NCBI GenBank assembly: GCA_002633005.1
Contig: NMRA01000782.1
Coordinates: forward strand, 46,404-110,403
Source of the DNA: Phoronis australis
Lineage: Eukaryota > Animalia > Phoronida
DNA length: 64,000 nucleotides
Direction of reading: 5' to 3'
In this document: positions 25,201 through 38,497 of the stretch, one piece after another
Layout of the letters: each line of letters starts with the position of its first letter
How positions within the stretch are numbered: the stretch's first letter is position 1
Program-made: the position numbers and the translations under genes
The notes under the pieces: model-generated
Databases searched by the model: none
Told to the model about the DNA's origin: nothing
The model's input: the letters and a program-made list of their open reading frames with translations, nothing else

Positions 25201-26495
25201 GACAAAGTCAAACTTTTGTCTAAATAAAATGGCACTTTTTTAAACCTTTTGTCTGGAGTTTGATGTGACATTGCGCCTAGCCACTTGCACAGTATGTTGT
25301 CACAATTTCAACAACGTTTTGAAAACTACTGTATCAGGGTCACAAAATTTGTATTTCCAAGGCTCTACAGTTCTTGTTATCAGAAATACTGTTTTGTTTT
25401 TATCTCTCCGACTCATTCATTTGTCATTTTCTGCTGATGCTGCTTTCACTATTTACCTGAAGGTCACATATTTTACTTGAAGGTCACATATTTTACTGGA
25501 AGGTCACACATTTTCCAATCATTTGCAGCTCTTTAAGCACATGTTTTTGTGGACCAAGTTTGAGCTCTGCTAGTGAATAACGGATGAGATGTGTGGATCA
25601 TCCTCCCAATAGATTGGTTTTGAAAGTAAAGCCTATCAGAAATATGTGATTATAGGGACTCCTGGGATGTTTTCTGAGGGAAGGATGAAGTGCTCATCAG
25701 GTCACCTGATAACAAATAGCTCACAGTAATCAACTGACATTTTTGACTGGTGCTACTCTCCTTAGCAACAAAATACATTCAGTGTGTAGATATCTGTTTT
25801 TCTAGCCAGACGATGTTGTGTTGGTATTTCCAACTGAAGGCTTTGTGTTGTCTTTTTTTCTCTCAACTGACATGTTTTTGTTTAGCAGTGATATTAATAG
25901 TAGTAACATCCTGTTATCCTGCCGACACAACCTCTCCTAATAAACAACATGATGAACTCCAGTAGTTCATTTTTTATGTTAATTAGCACCTTATTAAGCA
26001 CCCATTCATTTGTTTCGTGTCATGTCTGTGCTGAGAGAGGCTAATCAGATAGACTCTTAAATATCACTTTGCTCTCTTTAAGTATTTTACAGAAATAACG
26101 CTCTTCACCACATGGGGATATGTGGAACTTTATTTATTGCAAATTTTTCCCCAAAACTAATGTTGCGAAATACTTACTTCGTCGTTATCATATAATTTGA
26201 ACTGTACGACTTTCATAAAGCAGAATGTTGGCAAACTTTTTGAGCAGTTTGTCAATGTAACCAAAATGAATGTGTTGCAGAAGTAACAATTGCTTTGTGC
26301 GGAAATGAGGGTCACTGAATTCATTTTATTGAGAAAAGAATCTCTATTGGCGTGTGCCAACCAATTTAAAAAGTACAGTTTGGCTCAAAAGCTACCGTTT
26401 TCCTTCAAACTGCCTAATATCTCTGCTTTATTAGGATATGGTGTAAAATGTAACAGTAATGGACAAAAGTGCGCTTGAATTCAGTTGCATTTTTT

Positions 26496-26842
26496 ACTTG
26501 ATGAAAATGTTGTTAAACGCAACAAAAAATTCAAACTTGTCTAGAATGACAACAATTCTGTATGAGTATGTGTCCGTAAGTCCATTGTCCATACTGAGGT
26601 GAATTTGTGTGTTACACTGAGCCTATACTGAGTTGAATTTGTGTGTTACAGTGAGCCTATACCGAGAGGAATTTGTGTGTTACTTGATGAAAATGTTAAA
26701 CGCAACAAAAAATTCAAACTCTACTAGAATGACAACCATTCTGTACGAGTATGTGTCCGAAAGTCCATTGTCCATACTGAGTTGAATTTGTGTGTTACAG
26801 TGAGCCTATACTGAGAGGAATTTGAGTGTTACAGTGAGCCTG
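26496..26842. repeat. Compound tandem repeat: about 185-bp duplication with about 33-bp subunits
   Basis: ACTTGATGAAAATGTT...GTCCATTGTCCATACTGAG occurs twice; ATACTGAG..GAATTTGTGTGTTACAGTGAGCC occurs about five times. Confidence 0.85.
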
Positions 26843-27428
26843 CAACATGGGAATAAATGCAATGAACTCTACCAAAAGTCCAAAATGTCCTTATTTGCTT
26901 AAGACATTACTAATCTCCCAATACTTCAAAATTGTCGCATTGTCATTGAGCTATCTCACCGCGTGTAAGCCGAACTCGTCAAGGCAAAATTGCTTTCAAA
27001 ACTCAACGCGCTGAGGAGCCAAAACAGGTTGTGGAGCGCTCGGAAGTGTTATGTACGCTGCACACATACACAGCCCAGACACACATTAGTGGCAAAGTCT
27101 CAGTGATTCCTATTTGGTATTAGCCTTCCCCCACTTTTGGGTTATTCTGAGATAAGCCCACCTTCTCTGGTTGAAGCCCACCCTCAGTGTTTGTCTTATA
27201 TTAACACCCCAGTTCTTGTATAAGCCCACGCCCTCTTACCTCTCAGCCCATGACAAATCATTCTCCTCTCTATCTCGTGCTTTGTTGGTAATGCAAAGCT
27301 GCCTCATATAGGAGAATCCTTTGGTGCATATTTTAAGACACCCGTGGGTTTAAACTGTTACCAATTGCTTATACCAGGGTGTGGGGTAAAAGGCCATGAA
27401 TGATGAATGCTGTGTTTTTGTTTTTCAG

Positions 27429-27501
27429 ATCGGGAGAACATTAAAGCGTACATCGTTTCAGTTCAAATACGGGGCGGCACCCCATGCTGGCGAGGGTATA
27501 G
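27429..27501 (+). pseudogene. DARS1: DARS1 pseudo-exon (penultimate)
   Basis: ttcag|AT CGG GAG AAC ATT AAA GCG TAC ATC GTT TCA [G] TTC AAA TAC GGG GCG GCA CCC CAT GCT GGC GAG GGT ATA G|gtaag. It is 73 nt versus 72 nt in the intact copy. Confidence 0.9.
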
Positions 27502-28173
27502 GTAAGTGACAAGTTGTTATTATGTGATGTGTTTGAAGTGTCATTGTGTCTGCACATTCCAACCTAACAAGTACTGTTGCTATTACTTAGGACATGGTAG
27601 TATTTCAGTGCCAAGATTTGTTATGTTTTGCTCACAGGCATCCTCGGCTTCTGATCGTCCACAATATACCACAAGGTATGACACTCCCGACTTGAAATTC
27701 CACGGGTGCTTCACTTCAGCCGTCCATAGCAAACACAAAATTCAATAAATTTACACAAAACAGAGGTTCGACAAACCATGAGGAATTGTTCTTTCTCCCA
27801 ATACCATTTACGATGTCCTGCTTCACCCAGTTCCCAAGAAATTCGCAGTCAAAGCACAAAAATCTTACCAAAAAGTACGTCCGGAGAAACTCCTTTGTAA
27901 ATCGAAGGTCAAGGATGATTATTACGGAATTTTCCGATGACTTATGGATGAACGGCAGTTACTGATTTGTCACGGAAGGTTACGAAATCGTGACATTCGA
28001 CGATTGCCGTTCATCCGTAACTCATCGGATAATTCTGTATCGGTTGGGCACAGAAAATCAGGACAAAATACCAAAACTTTTAATTACAAGGCCTTAGCTG
28101 CGAACACTATAATCTATGAACAGCAGTTGGTTTGGTGCCCTGCACGCCATCTTTCTCGAGTTCTTGTTCGCCA

Positions 28174-28615
28174 CTATTCACTGAAGGTGGGAATCTCATT
28201 CATGTTGTCAACTGTATAGGTTTTGCCGTCAATCACCAAACGATCTCTATTCAGCCATGCTTTGTTTACATGCGGGCACCGTCTCGCTGACGGGCACTGT
28301 CTCGCTGACTTGAGAAAAGGTATCAGGCACTTTCGATTGACAATAGTCTCATGTGGGAAGTCCTCCTTCACAAAAATTTTCGAACCTTGAAACTTTCTCT
28401 TTCCCATCCTCACTTGCTGTCATTGTTTATAGAACGAAAAGTTAGCAGTTATAGTACCTTTATCGCCAGTCGGGTGCACTCTTTCAAAGGAGATGTTGTC
28501 AAGGCCCATATATCGCTTTATCATTATAATAGATAAACTGTTCTCACACAACATATCCTGGGTTTGCAGGATCCCCACAAACATGAGATTGTTCCTTCTA
28601 GAATGCATTTCAAGA
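28174..28615 (-). mobile_element. LINE ORF1 remnant (L1-ORF1-like RRM/CTD)
   Basis: LEMHSRRNNLMFVGI...ISFERVHP and, in a shifted frame, KIFVKEDFPHETIVNRKCLIPFLKSARQ...KAWLNRDRLVIDGKTY. Confidence 0.75.
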
Positions 28616-30512
28616 GATATGACAAACGGATGTTTAGTTGTGGTGTTTTGCATGGAAACTTTATAAAATTTGGACCTTGTCCGTATATTTTGAAAACTTG
28701 TGAATTATGTCCTGACTGGAGTTCACAGTCAATATGTGTTAAACTGTACCAAACTTATTTCACTGTAATTTGGTGTATTTTTTGCATCACCAAAAGCGTG
28801 ATGTACGTTGTATGAATCTCACTTTCATCAATCCCATGTCTTGGAAGTCTGTGTAACACCTTTGTTTTGTTGTCTTGTAATCTTAATGCGGACCAGGTGT
28901 GTACACATTCCATCTGCCTTGCTGTTCACTGGCATAACTAGTTTGAAACAGATGATAGCAAATAACAAGACCAATTACTCAGTGGGGGTGTATTCCAATT
29001 CAATTGTCATGCAAAGGTGTGTCGCTTAAGAGGTTTATTTTTGAGGAGAAAATACCTGTACAATTTCAGCAGAACCAATGCTCAGGAGACATTTTTTAGT
29101 GAAGAAAAACGGTGGGCATTCCTAGTCTTCAACACCATCTTGTGTGAGAACCTGGATAGTGTTCCCTCAATTGTGGTAATTTTTTCCTCAAAAATTTTGC
29201 TCACTTATATACGGTGTTCAAATTTCTTTTCACCATGCCTGGACATCGTACCACCAATGTTAAGTTTTGTGGTTTGATTTTTATTTCATTTATCTGGGAT
29301 CCTGCTTCATAATTCTTGAAAGTGAAAGCAGCAGAAATCATCCTTAAAATTCTCAGTGTTGGACTCTTTACAAACAACCTGACCTTTCGAGACCTTGGCC
29401 AGCTACTGGTTCACCGAATGACCCTTCTACCAAATGCCTTGCTTTACTTTTTACTCAATACACATTATGTTCTTTGTACTAGTTAAAAACACATCTCTGG
29501 TAATTGATATGGTGCTGCTGAGAACGTGTGCGCTGAGTATTTCCTGTTTGATGCTTTTAATTACCTTGTGCCTGACCCAAATCGAGGTGTAGCCTAATCA
29601 CTCAAGTGTAAACCAGTGTCTGTTTTTTGTTTACACACTTGATGTGAATGCAGTTCCAGGAATCTTTAGGTAATAGATTGTACCTTTAGCGCATGCAGCC
29701 AACGCATTCCAACATGGCCGCTCTTACAAAGTACTTCTGTGTTAGTTACAGGAAGTACGCATTACTTTATGTAATAAATAAGCGAAGGCATAAACTCGAG
29801 AAGCACAAATTTGAAGAATTCATTGCGCTTCCGTTCTCAATTGAAAAAGCAAAAGGATAACAAGGAAGCCATGTTTGGTGTATCAGCCGTGCTTTTGTCA
29901 CAGTGCAACATGGATCTGTACACTTACTGGGGTATAACCTAATGATGAGTCATGGAACTCATCAGTATATGATTCGAATTCCTAACATTTATTCTCCATG
30001 GGGATAGTTATTCTCTGTGGAAAATAGACCAAGGAATACTTAACTGTGTTAGGAGTTACCCTTAGAACAAATTGTCCTTGAGCAACTTACTCCTATTCAT
30101 CCAACAGTCCACATTACACATCCTACACCCTGTGTCAAATATGGCACAAACTGAATTATGCAACACAACAACCTAGCAGCTGGTAACTACTTCCTTCTTG
30201 TTTGCAAATTAGCCTCCACACTGTGATACCCTGGTGGGGAAAGTTGTCACACCGGTCTAGTTACCCCAGCGTCCGCTGCTACTAAACCTAGCGACAATCC
30301 GTTCTAAGAGTAACTTGTTCTAGGGCAAGTCATTGCATGGTTGGGGATAAAGGATGAGTAGAGTATCACTGCTGAAACAGTAAAAGCTTGCGTTTTATGT
30401 TGAGCCTGTGTTTAATGCCAATGATGACCTAGAAAGAAGCATTCAATTCTATATGTTCTACACCTGCTTCTTGTATCATCATGTCTTTGACAGCTGTCAT
30501 GTTACATTGCAG

Positions 30513-30604
30513 GTTGTGAACGTGTGACCATGTTCTACCTGGGGCTTCATTATGTCCGTTTGACCTCCATGTTTCCCCGCGAAATGAAGCGGCTCACCCC
30601 ATAA
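30513..30604 (+). pseudogene. DARS1: DARS1 pseudo last exon (motif 3)
   Basis: gcag|GT TGT GAA CGT... gives [30 protein letters not shown]; conserved HN and RDP are changed to HY and REM. Confidence 0.9.
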
Positions 30605-33074
30605 ATGTCTGCGATTGGTTCGTCTGCTGCGTGCAGTTTAGTCACACATTGAATGCTTTTGTGATGCGCGGGTATTTATTTAACCTGTCATCTGCAAAAC
30701 AGGTTGGCTTAGATTTGGCCTGGGATACCCATGGTTGTGTTTCTAATCTAAAACAGCTAGTGGCTGTTATAAAGTTAGCATCCTCAATAATGTTTAGTTG
30801 CCTTTAGCAACGTCAGAGAACCTGCAATTACTGTGCAATTCCTGCTATATCATCCCATCCATTGTGGTTACATTCTGGGATACCTTCAGGCTAGAGGTTA
30901 GAGTTTCAAGTGCTAGAATTTCTCAGTGTTTACCTCATCAAACCAGTTGTGTTCAGCATACTTTCAATTTTTAAGAGAGCAGTGCCGATTGGTAATGATT
31001 TGACCTGAGCTGTTTTGACGTTGGTCGTTGTATCGCCGATTTTTTAAGATCAGTTTCATAAACATATTTTCATATGAAAACTGTTGATAACAAAAGGTGT
31101 ACCAAAGATTAAAAAACAGCAATGTGTCAGACTTCCATAGTCTATTGTCATTCACAGACAGTTGCAATATTGGTGGACAATGGCTGTATACAGTACCATA
31201 GTGTTATTCAGCAATGTCAATTCCTACGAGTTTCTGTCTGAATAAAGAAATGAAAACCAGAAATTGTTCTAACGTCAATGTGTTGTTTCCACAAAACTGA
31301 TCTTGAGGGAGTGGCAGTTAATTTGACCTCATAGTCCTTTATAGTTGATCAGAGATAAGTGCTACAACATCCCATTCAACAAGAAGTCGACAGGAAAACA
31401 TTCGGTTCAGGTGCGCGGCCTTATTTACTATGAAACCCTGCTCACATTATGTTTGCAATAGTTTCTATCTTGTGATTGATAGCAACACGAAAGCATCTAC
31501 ACCCTGATAAATAATTTCATGTGGTTGGTGAGTCTAATATCATGTGAATTTCACGAATCACAATCGAGTACTTATCAATAAATTGATGGGCTTCAACTGC
31601 AAATGTCTGGTTAGGTGGACTTACGCATGATGCTGAAAATAAAACACTCTGAAAGCCTCTTTATTAAGAAAGCAGGTGAAAGGGTCACGAACCCCTCGAC
31701 GTAGGTTAGTACTCTCTTTCTGTTATTTATGACATTGTACTGTGTTACTCAAGGTGGGAACGTAGTCATCACATGACTGCAAGTCCACCTAACCATCATT
31801 CTGAGGATGATGGCAGCCACTGATGGTTGAAAATGTTCAATTTATTGTTAAAACTCAATTGTGTCTAGCCTGTTACAGCTCATTTTTAAATGAAATGGCA
31901 ATGATCTCCCCCCTGACCTCAAAAGACCCGGCGCCCCAAAGCTCAGAACCAATAGTACTGTTTCTGCCTTATATTCTGATATCATTTGATGGATTTTAGA
32001 CTAATAACAAACACCATGTGCCATACTACACAATTAAAAAGTCTAAAAATTAAACACGCGTAGTGTACGATTGCAAAATTTAGAATAGACGTTACTTAAT
32101 TTCGGCAATAGATAAACAATGAAATGCAATAAGGTTTTTGTCAGAAGGTACTGCTCGACTGCTTTTTGTAGTAAATTCAATTTTACTGTTCTGAAAACTG
32201 ACTTGTTTGACATTTTGACTGCTGAGGTCAGAACTCTAGGGGTTGTGACCTAAGGGGTCATGATGACCATTTCAGTGCAACCTGTAATAGTAAAAAATGA
32301 CCCAAGTGACAGCTTAAAACAATAATTTAATGGGCACACTGCTTCATCAAAGTTAACAGGAAATATCAAAATACTTAACAACCTTATCAGAATTACCATT
32401 ACCTGTAGTGCAGGAGCCAAAATACAATGATGGCTGACAGCCATCACCCTTGATGGCCAGGCTTTAACTGGCTGAAAACATCAAGACACTAGGTAACCAT
32501 TATAATGCAATAAACATATAAAGCCAATGTTGAATCTTTCAGATAGTAGTTTACAAGTACAAAACAAGAAAGGCACTTCCTAAGAACATTGGGACACTAA
32601 CCTCAAAGCAGTTATTGAAAACCTGGTATATTTTTAAACGGCTTGGTAGTTAATTGTCCTACAAAATGTTAATGTCAAATATACTTCAGTGAAGAATTCT
32701 ACTTTGGGTTTCTTAAAATCATTATCTATCAGCATCTTCCTAACAGTCTCTTTGAAACTCTTAAAATAACTACAAAATGACATACTGGTAACTTAACTAT
32801 CAAAGACAAGGTCACATGATTTATCTTAGTGTTCAAGACTTCATGTCTGCTTTCAAAAAAACAGATGTCATGTGTTTTTGGTTTGTTTAGAGTTATCTTA
32901 AACAGTTTATTTTAAAACACATTAAATCAAAGGGTTCAGACTTCTACTTTTACACTGGAGAGCACTATTAATGGTAGTTAAAATGCCCTGAATGTTATAA
33001 AATAGATCAACACAAGATAAAACATGGCCTAGGCACAAACACTACAGTTTCTTGAAAAGTGAACAATTAGAACA

Positions 33075-33867
33075 AGGCAATTTCCAATGATTACTTAGTT
33101 TTATATCTACACTCTGCTACATTTTGATTGAAGGTCAGGGCACTATTGGCCAGAAGAAAGTGATTGGCCGAGATTAGTCCCAACTCCCAATGCCCATTTG
33201 ACCTTGTAACCTTTGCCGTCCCAGTCAAATGGTTGCTACCTGAGCCCACTGGATAAGTGACAGAATATTTTCAGTGTACTTAACTGGTACAATCACCGGC
33301 CTGTATTTTTGCATATGTCTGGTAGACGACATTGAGATTTGGCAATTTACAATAAAAATCGCAATAACGACAGAATTTATTACTTGGCGAAATAAATTTC
33401 GCCAAGTATGTTGCTCTTCCACTAAGTTTTTTTTTTTGTTTGTTCGCACGATACAGGTCGCAATTTTCGTCCGATCATCAAGAAATTTACACACAACACG
33501 TACTTCCGGAAGTACTGGAAGCCTATTGTTTTTCGTCAAAATCGGAGCCAAGATGGCGGNAGGCAATTTCCAATGATTACTTAGTTTTATATCTACACTC
33601 TGCTACATTTTGATTGAAGGTCAGGGCACTATTGGCCAGAAGAAAGTGATTGGCCGAGATTAGTCCCAACTCCCAATGCCCATTTGACCTTGTAACCTTT
33701 GCCGTCCCAGTCAAATGGTTGCTACCTGAGCCCACTGGATAAGTGACAGAATATTTTCAGTGTACTTAACTGGTACAATCACCGACCTGTATTTTTGCAA
33801 ATGTCTGGTAGACGACATTGAGATTTGGCAATTTACAATAAAAATCGCAATAACGACAGAATTTATT
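33075..33867. repeat. 307-bp near-perfect duplication across a single-N join; probable uncollapsed haplotypes
   Basis: 33075-33381 and 33561-33867 differ at only two positions I could see; N at 33560. Confidence 0.85.
33377..33559 (+). mobile_element. 5' end of a young HINE/Helentron-like element, truncated at a contig join
   Basis: Begins in a T-rich site with the perfect 13-bp palindrome TACTTGGCGAAAT-AA-ATTTCGCCAAGTA (33381-33408); absent from the second copy of the duplicated flank. Confidence 0.6.
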
Positions 33868-34985
33868 GTTTTATAGCTCTGGTCAAGCCTAATAACTTAA
33901 AAAAGTCGAACATGTCCAACAAGCATCCCCAATAGGGGTTGTTCGGTCATAAAACGATCATGTTTTTTACAAGATTACAACCAACCAATAGTCCATTCTT
34001 AAACCCACAGAATATCTACAGAGTATAATTGTCGACATAAAGATGGCTAAAAATCCTGTTTTGCTGAACATTCATCATGATGGTTAATATGATATTACCA
34101 TCTTGTGCTGCCGTTGTGTCTACTGTTACTAAGTGCTACAAACTTTCACTATATGCCAAACCAGTTGGTGACCACTAAATACTGAATACTTTGTACCGGC
34201 AGGTGCTTACAGAATTTATATCTAACATCAACCATAGATGGCATCTCATAAAAATACAAAGAATTTCAAGTTAACTCACCATCACAAAACATTGCAAGGT
34301 GAGATACCTTAAGCACAGGATATCGTGACTGTACTACCTAAAACCTCAGACAAATAATTTAAACAATTAAGTTACGATATGTAAATCACAGAAATACGAT
34401 TTCAACATAACATCAAATGCATAGTAAATTGTGTTAACTTAATACGTATATTACTTGATTAGGATACTTAGTACCAGGGCCTCCGTTAGTTTTCAAAATT
34501 TCAGTCCCTAACTTGCTTACACTATGATATCAACTGATTTTGACAAAAACTCGTTTTACATAACCTACTGTAAGTTGCAACTTATTTCAAAATTTCTTAA
34601 AACAAATTACTGTTGCTTGATGGGTAACTTTCCAAATATTTCAACAACAAATCATAATGTCAAACCTTCAACTCAAAAGGATAAGTATTGGTAACACTCT
34701 GGGTTCTTCTGTTAATAAAATGGACACACGGTGGGGGGGGTGGTTTAAGCTTTGGGTCATTGAGTGCAAAATGTAATGCACAAAGGTTAACCCAACAACA
34801 ACTATAACCACAGTCACTGGTGAAAATTCCAACATGCAATACCACAAAGCTGACTACTTACAAGAAATCTGGAAGACTTCTTTAATGATGCATCCCAGAA
34901 CTTTAAAAAATGTCTTGGCAACTTTAACAAACTGAGAAGACTATGGAGAACGTACAAACCAATGAAAACGGTTCACGGCTCCTGT

Positions 34986-35984
34986 TCACCTGAAACATTT
35001 CATTCTTTTTAATCCTTTCCAAACACGCAGCATCAGCTCTGGTGTAACCTCATGAAACGATATTGCATTATAATAGGAGCATTTGTTTCTCAACTTAGTT
35101 TTGAAAAATCCAAATCCTTCATGGTTCACTAACTGCACGTCCTTGATCTTTGCCGAACACATTCCAGTGATGAAGACATCCTCCAGGTGAAATAAAGGCA
35201 TTGCCATGGCAACGTCATATAATTCTGGAATGATATCTGCAGATACAACATATGCAGTGCCTGATATGTACGGAGGGTATGTCTTGTTGTGATATACTTC
35301 ATATGATGTGTAGTATTTTGACCAAGTGTTTCGAACTGGTTCGGCATCCGTGAACACAGAGCCCATAATATATCTTTTGGGACGGGAATCAATTAACAAC
35401 TTTTCCAAGTTTTTAACATTAATGATCATGTCGTCATCAGTCTTGAGCATAAATTTGGCGTGTGGACAATACACTGACATCCATTTGAGACCTGAAATGG
35501 TCTTCAGCGATAAATTCAAGTAAGAGTCAATAAAGTCTTGCTGGACTATATCCTTAAATATGGCGCTTTCATTGTTTATCTTGTACTGCAGTGCCGTTGT
35601 ATTTGGCCTTCCGAGCAGAAAAACCAGTCTCGCTGTACTGTCTTCTTTCTTTGCCGCCAAAGCCCAGGTGGTGCGAATGGTGTTACGGTGCACGAAATGT
35701 TTTGGTGCAGAAGTCACCATAATGACAATGAGAATGCCATCCAGAGATGGATTCATACAAGTGTGTCTTTGAACGTGCAAGAACTCGTATTCGCGTGCTT
35801 TCCCATGGGCTGCGTTACCCGTTGGAACAGTTCCATTTGAGGAACGCATTGTCCTGATGATTCTAAGAGTAGAATTCCGAGAGGGTGGTGTAAAAACATG
35901 GCGTGGAGTCTCGGAGAAGAACAACACAACATTAAAGGAAGATAGGGCGACCAGGAAAATGAACAGGCGCAGAGGAACTATCAT
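34986..35984 (-). CDS. B3GALT1: Beta-1,3-galactosyltransferase-like glycosyltransferase (CAZy GT31), 332 aa, single coding exon
   Basis: N-terminal TM anchor (LFIFLVALSSFNVVLFF) and GT31 motifs VTSAPKHFVHRNTIRTTW, LVFLLG, DFIDSYLNLSLKT, LKTDDD (DxD), YPPYISGTAY, LEDVFITG. The ATG at 35984 follows a splice acceptor (ttttttcag|) at 36001. Family is clear; exact orthology to B3GALT1 is not established. Confidence 0.92.
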   Translation of the reverse strand: MIVPLRLFIFLVALSSFNVVLFFSETPRHVFTPPSRNSTLRIIRTMRSSNGTVPTGNAAHGKAREYEFLHVQRHTCMNPSLDGILIVIMVTSAPKHFVHRNTIRTTWALAAKKEDSTARLVFLLGRPNTTALQYKINNESAIFKDIVQQDFIDSYLNLSLKTISGLKWMSVYCPHAKFMLKTDDDMIINVKNLEKLLIDSRPKRYIMGSVFTDAEPVRNTWSKYYTSYEVYHNKTYPPYISGTAYVVSADIIPELYDVAMAMPLFHLEDVFITGMCSAKIKDVQLVNHEGFGFFKTKLRNKCSYYNAISFHEVTPELMLRVWKGLKRMKCFR

Positions 35985-38402
35985 GGCATGGCATCCGGAC
36001 CTGAAAAAAGATGGAAACAAAATCTCAGTTCAAAAATTATTAAAGGAAACCTGACAAAAGTTCATGGTTTGCACCCTGGAAACAAACAAGTCAATTAAAA
36101 GCTTCGTTTCCAAACCCTTACAATATTGTTGCTTGGCTTTTGCCCTAGAATTCGCACAAAAGTGCATGCTCCCAGTCCAATAAGTACAACTTCACATATT
36201 CACGGGTGCATAGTTGTGTGGCAACACATGCCTGAAGGGGTAATAAAACAGAACCTTGAGTTCAAAACCATCTTACAATAGTGCCGTTTACACTTCAAAA
36301 TTTGACACGGACCAGCGGTTGACCCAGAACGAATTGTTCCAGTGTGTAACGGGACTGACACGGAGCAAACTGACACCACGGTGACAAATTTTGCCACCCG
36401 TTTGTGAGGTAGAGCAATTTGCACCCGAACATCTTGCTCCGTGTCAATTATATGTCTAAACGCGAAACTGGGGCAAGGCGGAAAGGATCATCTCTACTGC
36501 GCTTGCCTAGTGACCTGTATACGGGTTCTTTGTCACTGCAACTCTCATCATTTGTAAACCTGCGCATGTGCGATCCAGTTTCTGCAGCCTGTAATTTCCG
36601 TGTTGCCCCGCTTAGGGAGTTGTGTAGTCAAACGGCCGCTTGACATGGATGCTCCATGTCAGTTGCGCCAGGCCAAAAGTTGATGTCTAAATGGAACTTA
36701 TCATAGTCTTGGCCTTTGGTACTGCTTACTCATCAGATTTGAAACCATTTCTTGGCATGAGAAGCCATAGATTATTGCTGCTTCAGGAGTCTATTAAGTT
36801 GCTTGTTACATCAGGCTGGTTTCCAACAGAGAGGCAACATGGCTGTTGGAGAAATTCATGGGCATGTGTTGCACAACTATTCTCAGTCCAAACAAAGGGT
36901 AAGAGTGCAATGAAGAAGAATATGCTTGTGGAGAAACTTGATGTTTATATCACCAGAACCTTGTTTATATTGTCTTCAAGTGTCCTCAATACAAGTTTTA
37001 CACAAGATACCATGGCTCAAAAACACATGTGGAATAATTTCTAGCTCTCAAGGCTGGTCAGGCAATGGGGCTACCCACCCGTAGAGAAATGGACACTGTA
37101 ACAAATTTGGTTAGACAAGTTAATTACCACTGAAATGGGCTTTTTATTGACTACATGAACTGCTGTGGAAGCCCTGGCCACCTGTTTTACAAGTGACACA
37201 CTCCATGGAGACTGCAACAACTAATTATTGGAGTCTGAAACCAGCAAATTATCCAGGCTTACAGAAAGTTCCCACGACATACTTTTAACTTGATACTTCT
37301 GTAATCATTGCAATAGTTTTGCCATTTGTCAAGTGAAGTCAAAGAGCTTTTTATGTTTCACTTTGGTGGGGGCAACATGGAAGTACTTGAAATCACTAAC
37401 TGGTAAGAAAAGTCACACTGTATGTTTATTGGCAAACAACTACTTAAGAGCTAAAGATAATTTTCCTAATGGCTTCACGGTAAAAATATTTCGATGCAAA
37501 GAATTAGTCTCAACGATTCAGGAATCTACTCCTGAAAAGGTAAAAATGAAATTCAACCTTCAATCATTCTTGCCACTAAAAGCATTAAATTATTTTAAAC
37601 CTCATAAATTTCTCCATACTTTTAGGACAAGAGCAACCGGTTCCAAGAACACTGACTTAGCTACTAAAACGAATTTTAGATTATTCAGATAAAACTTATA
37701 TTTGTCTAAGGTCCACTTCAAGAAAGAGGTCTTAAGTTTTTTACTTAAGTTTTGTCCTAATTTTACTACTATCTTATGGGATGTGGAAGTTTCAAAGTTT
37801 GGAAGTTGAGACAAATCTTGGACTTATGAGCAAAAAAAATTACCAGGTAAGTCAGTTTTTTGGAACGGGCCCAAATTAAAGCTTCCTTGTTTTAAAGCTT
37901 TGGATTAACCATAGATTTGACATTATGTAACTTCCGTTTCAATACCATCAATTTAAATGTCACAGTTACAACAATTCTTCACGATCTCATATAATATAGC
38001 ACACATTATGACGGAGTAGTGAAATTTTATTTTTTAAATTTATCAACAATAAAAATTTAAGAAAATTCTAGTTCATTTTAACTTTGATTTGTACCGTGTA
38101 AATGTCATCAAACAACATTCCATAATTTTTTAATATTTGCAGCCAAACAATCAGCCTTTCAAAACTAGAAAAAACAGCAAAATGGTAGGATTGAATGGGT
38201 GCGTGCATGATTTTGAAGTCTGAATAGCTTTTTCCACCTCCAGCAGTAGAGAGAGCGAAGTCATAACTATACAAAAAAAAAACACTTAGACTAGAGTATA
38301 ACTGACGTGGGACAGTACTCTGGCAACACATCCTAAAAGGCTGGATCTAAAGGCCTTACATTGTCAATGACAAAACAAAATTGTGGAAACCAGACGACTC
38401 AC

Positions 38403-38497
38403 CAAGGCCCAGAAGAAGGAGCCAGGCGATTCTGCAACGTCAGAAAAATTATTTTGCAGTAAGGTCCATAAATTATGATTCCTAAGCTTATTGTCAC
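38403..38497 (-). other. Candidate 5' UTR exon of the GT31 gene
   Basis: Minus strand tttctag|GTGACA...CCTTG|gtgagt; good splice signals upstream of the acceptor at 36001, but no transcript evidence. Confidence 0.35.

Larger units (their letters stand above)
14566..30604 (+). pseudogene. DARS1: Partial, frameshifted duplicate of cytoplasmic aspartyl-tRNA synthetase (intron-containing pseudogene)
   Basis: Four AG/GT-bounded exons at 14566-14714, 16008-16076, 27429-27501 and 30513-30604 match the DARS1 C-terminal half. There are two +1 frameshifts and substitutions at conserved residues; middle and 5' exons were not found. Confidence 0.85.

Noticed and set aside
35985-36020. N-terminal extension MFPSFFRSGCHA of the GT31 ORF
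   Set aside because: It starts at a TTG within the polypyrimidine tract and splice acceptor; the first in-frame ATG is at 35984.
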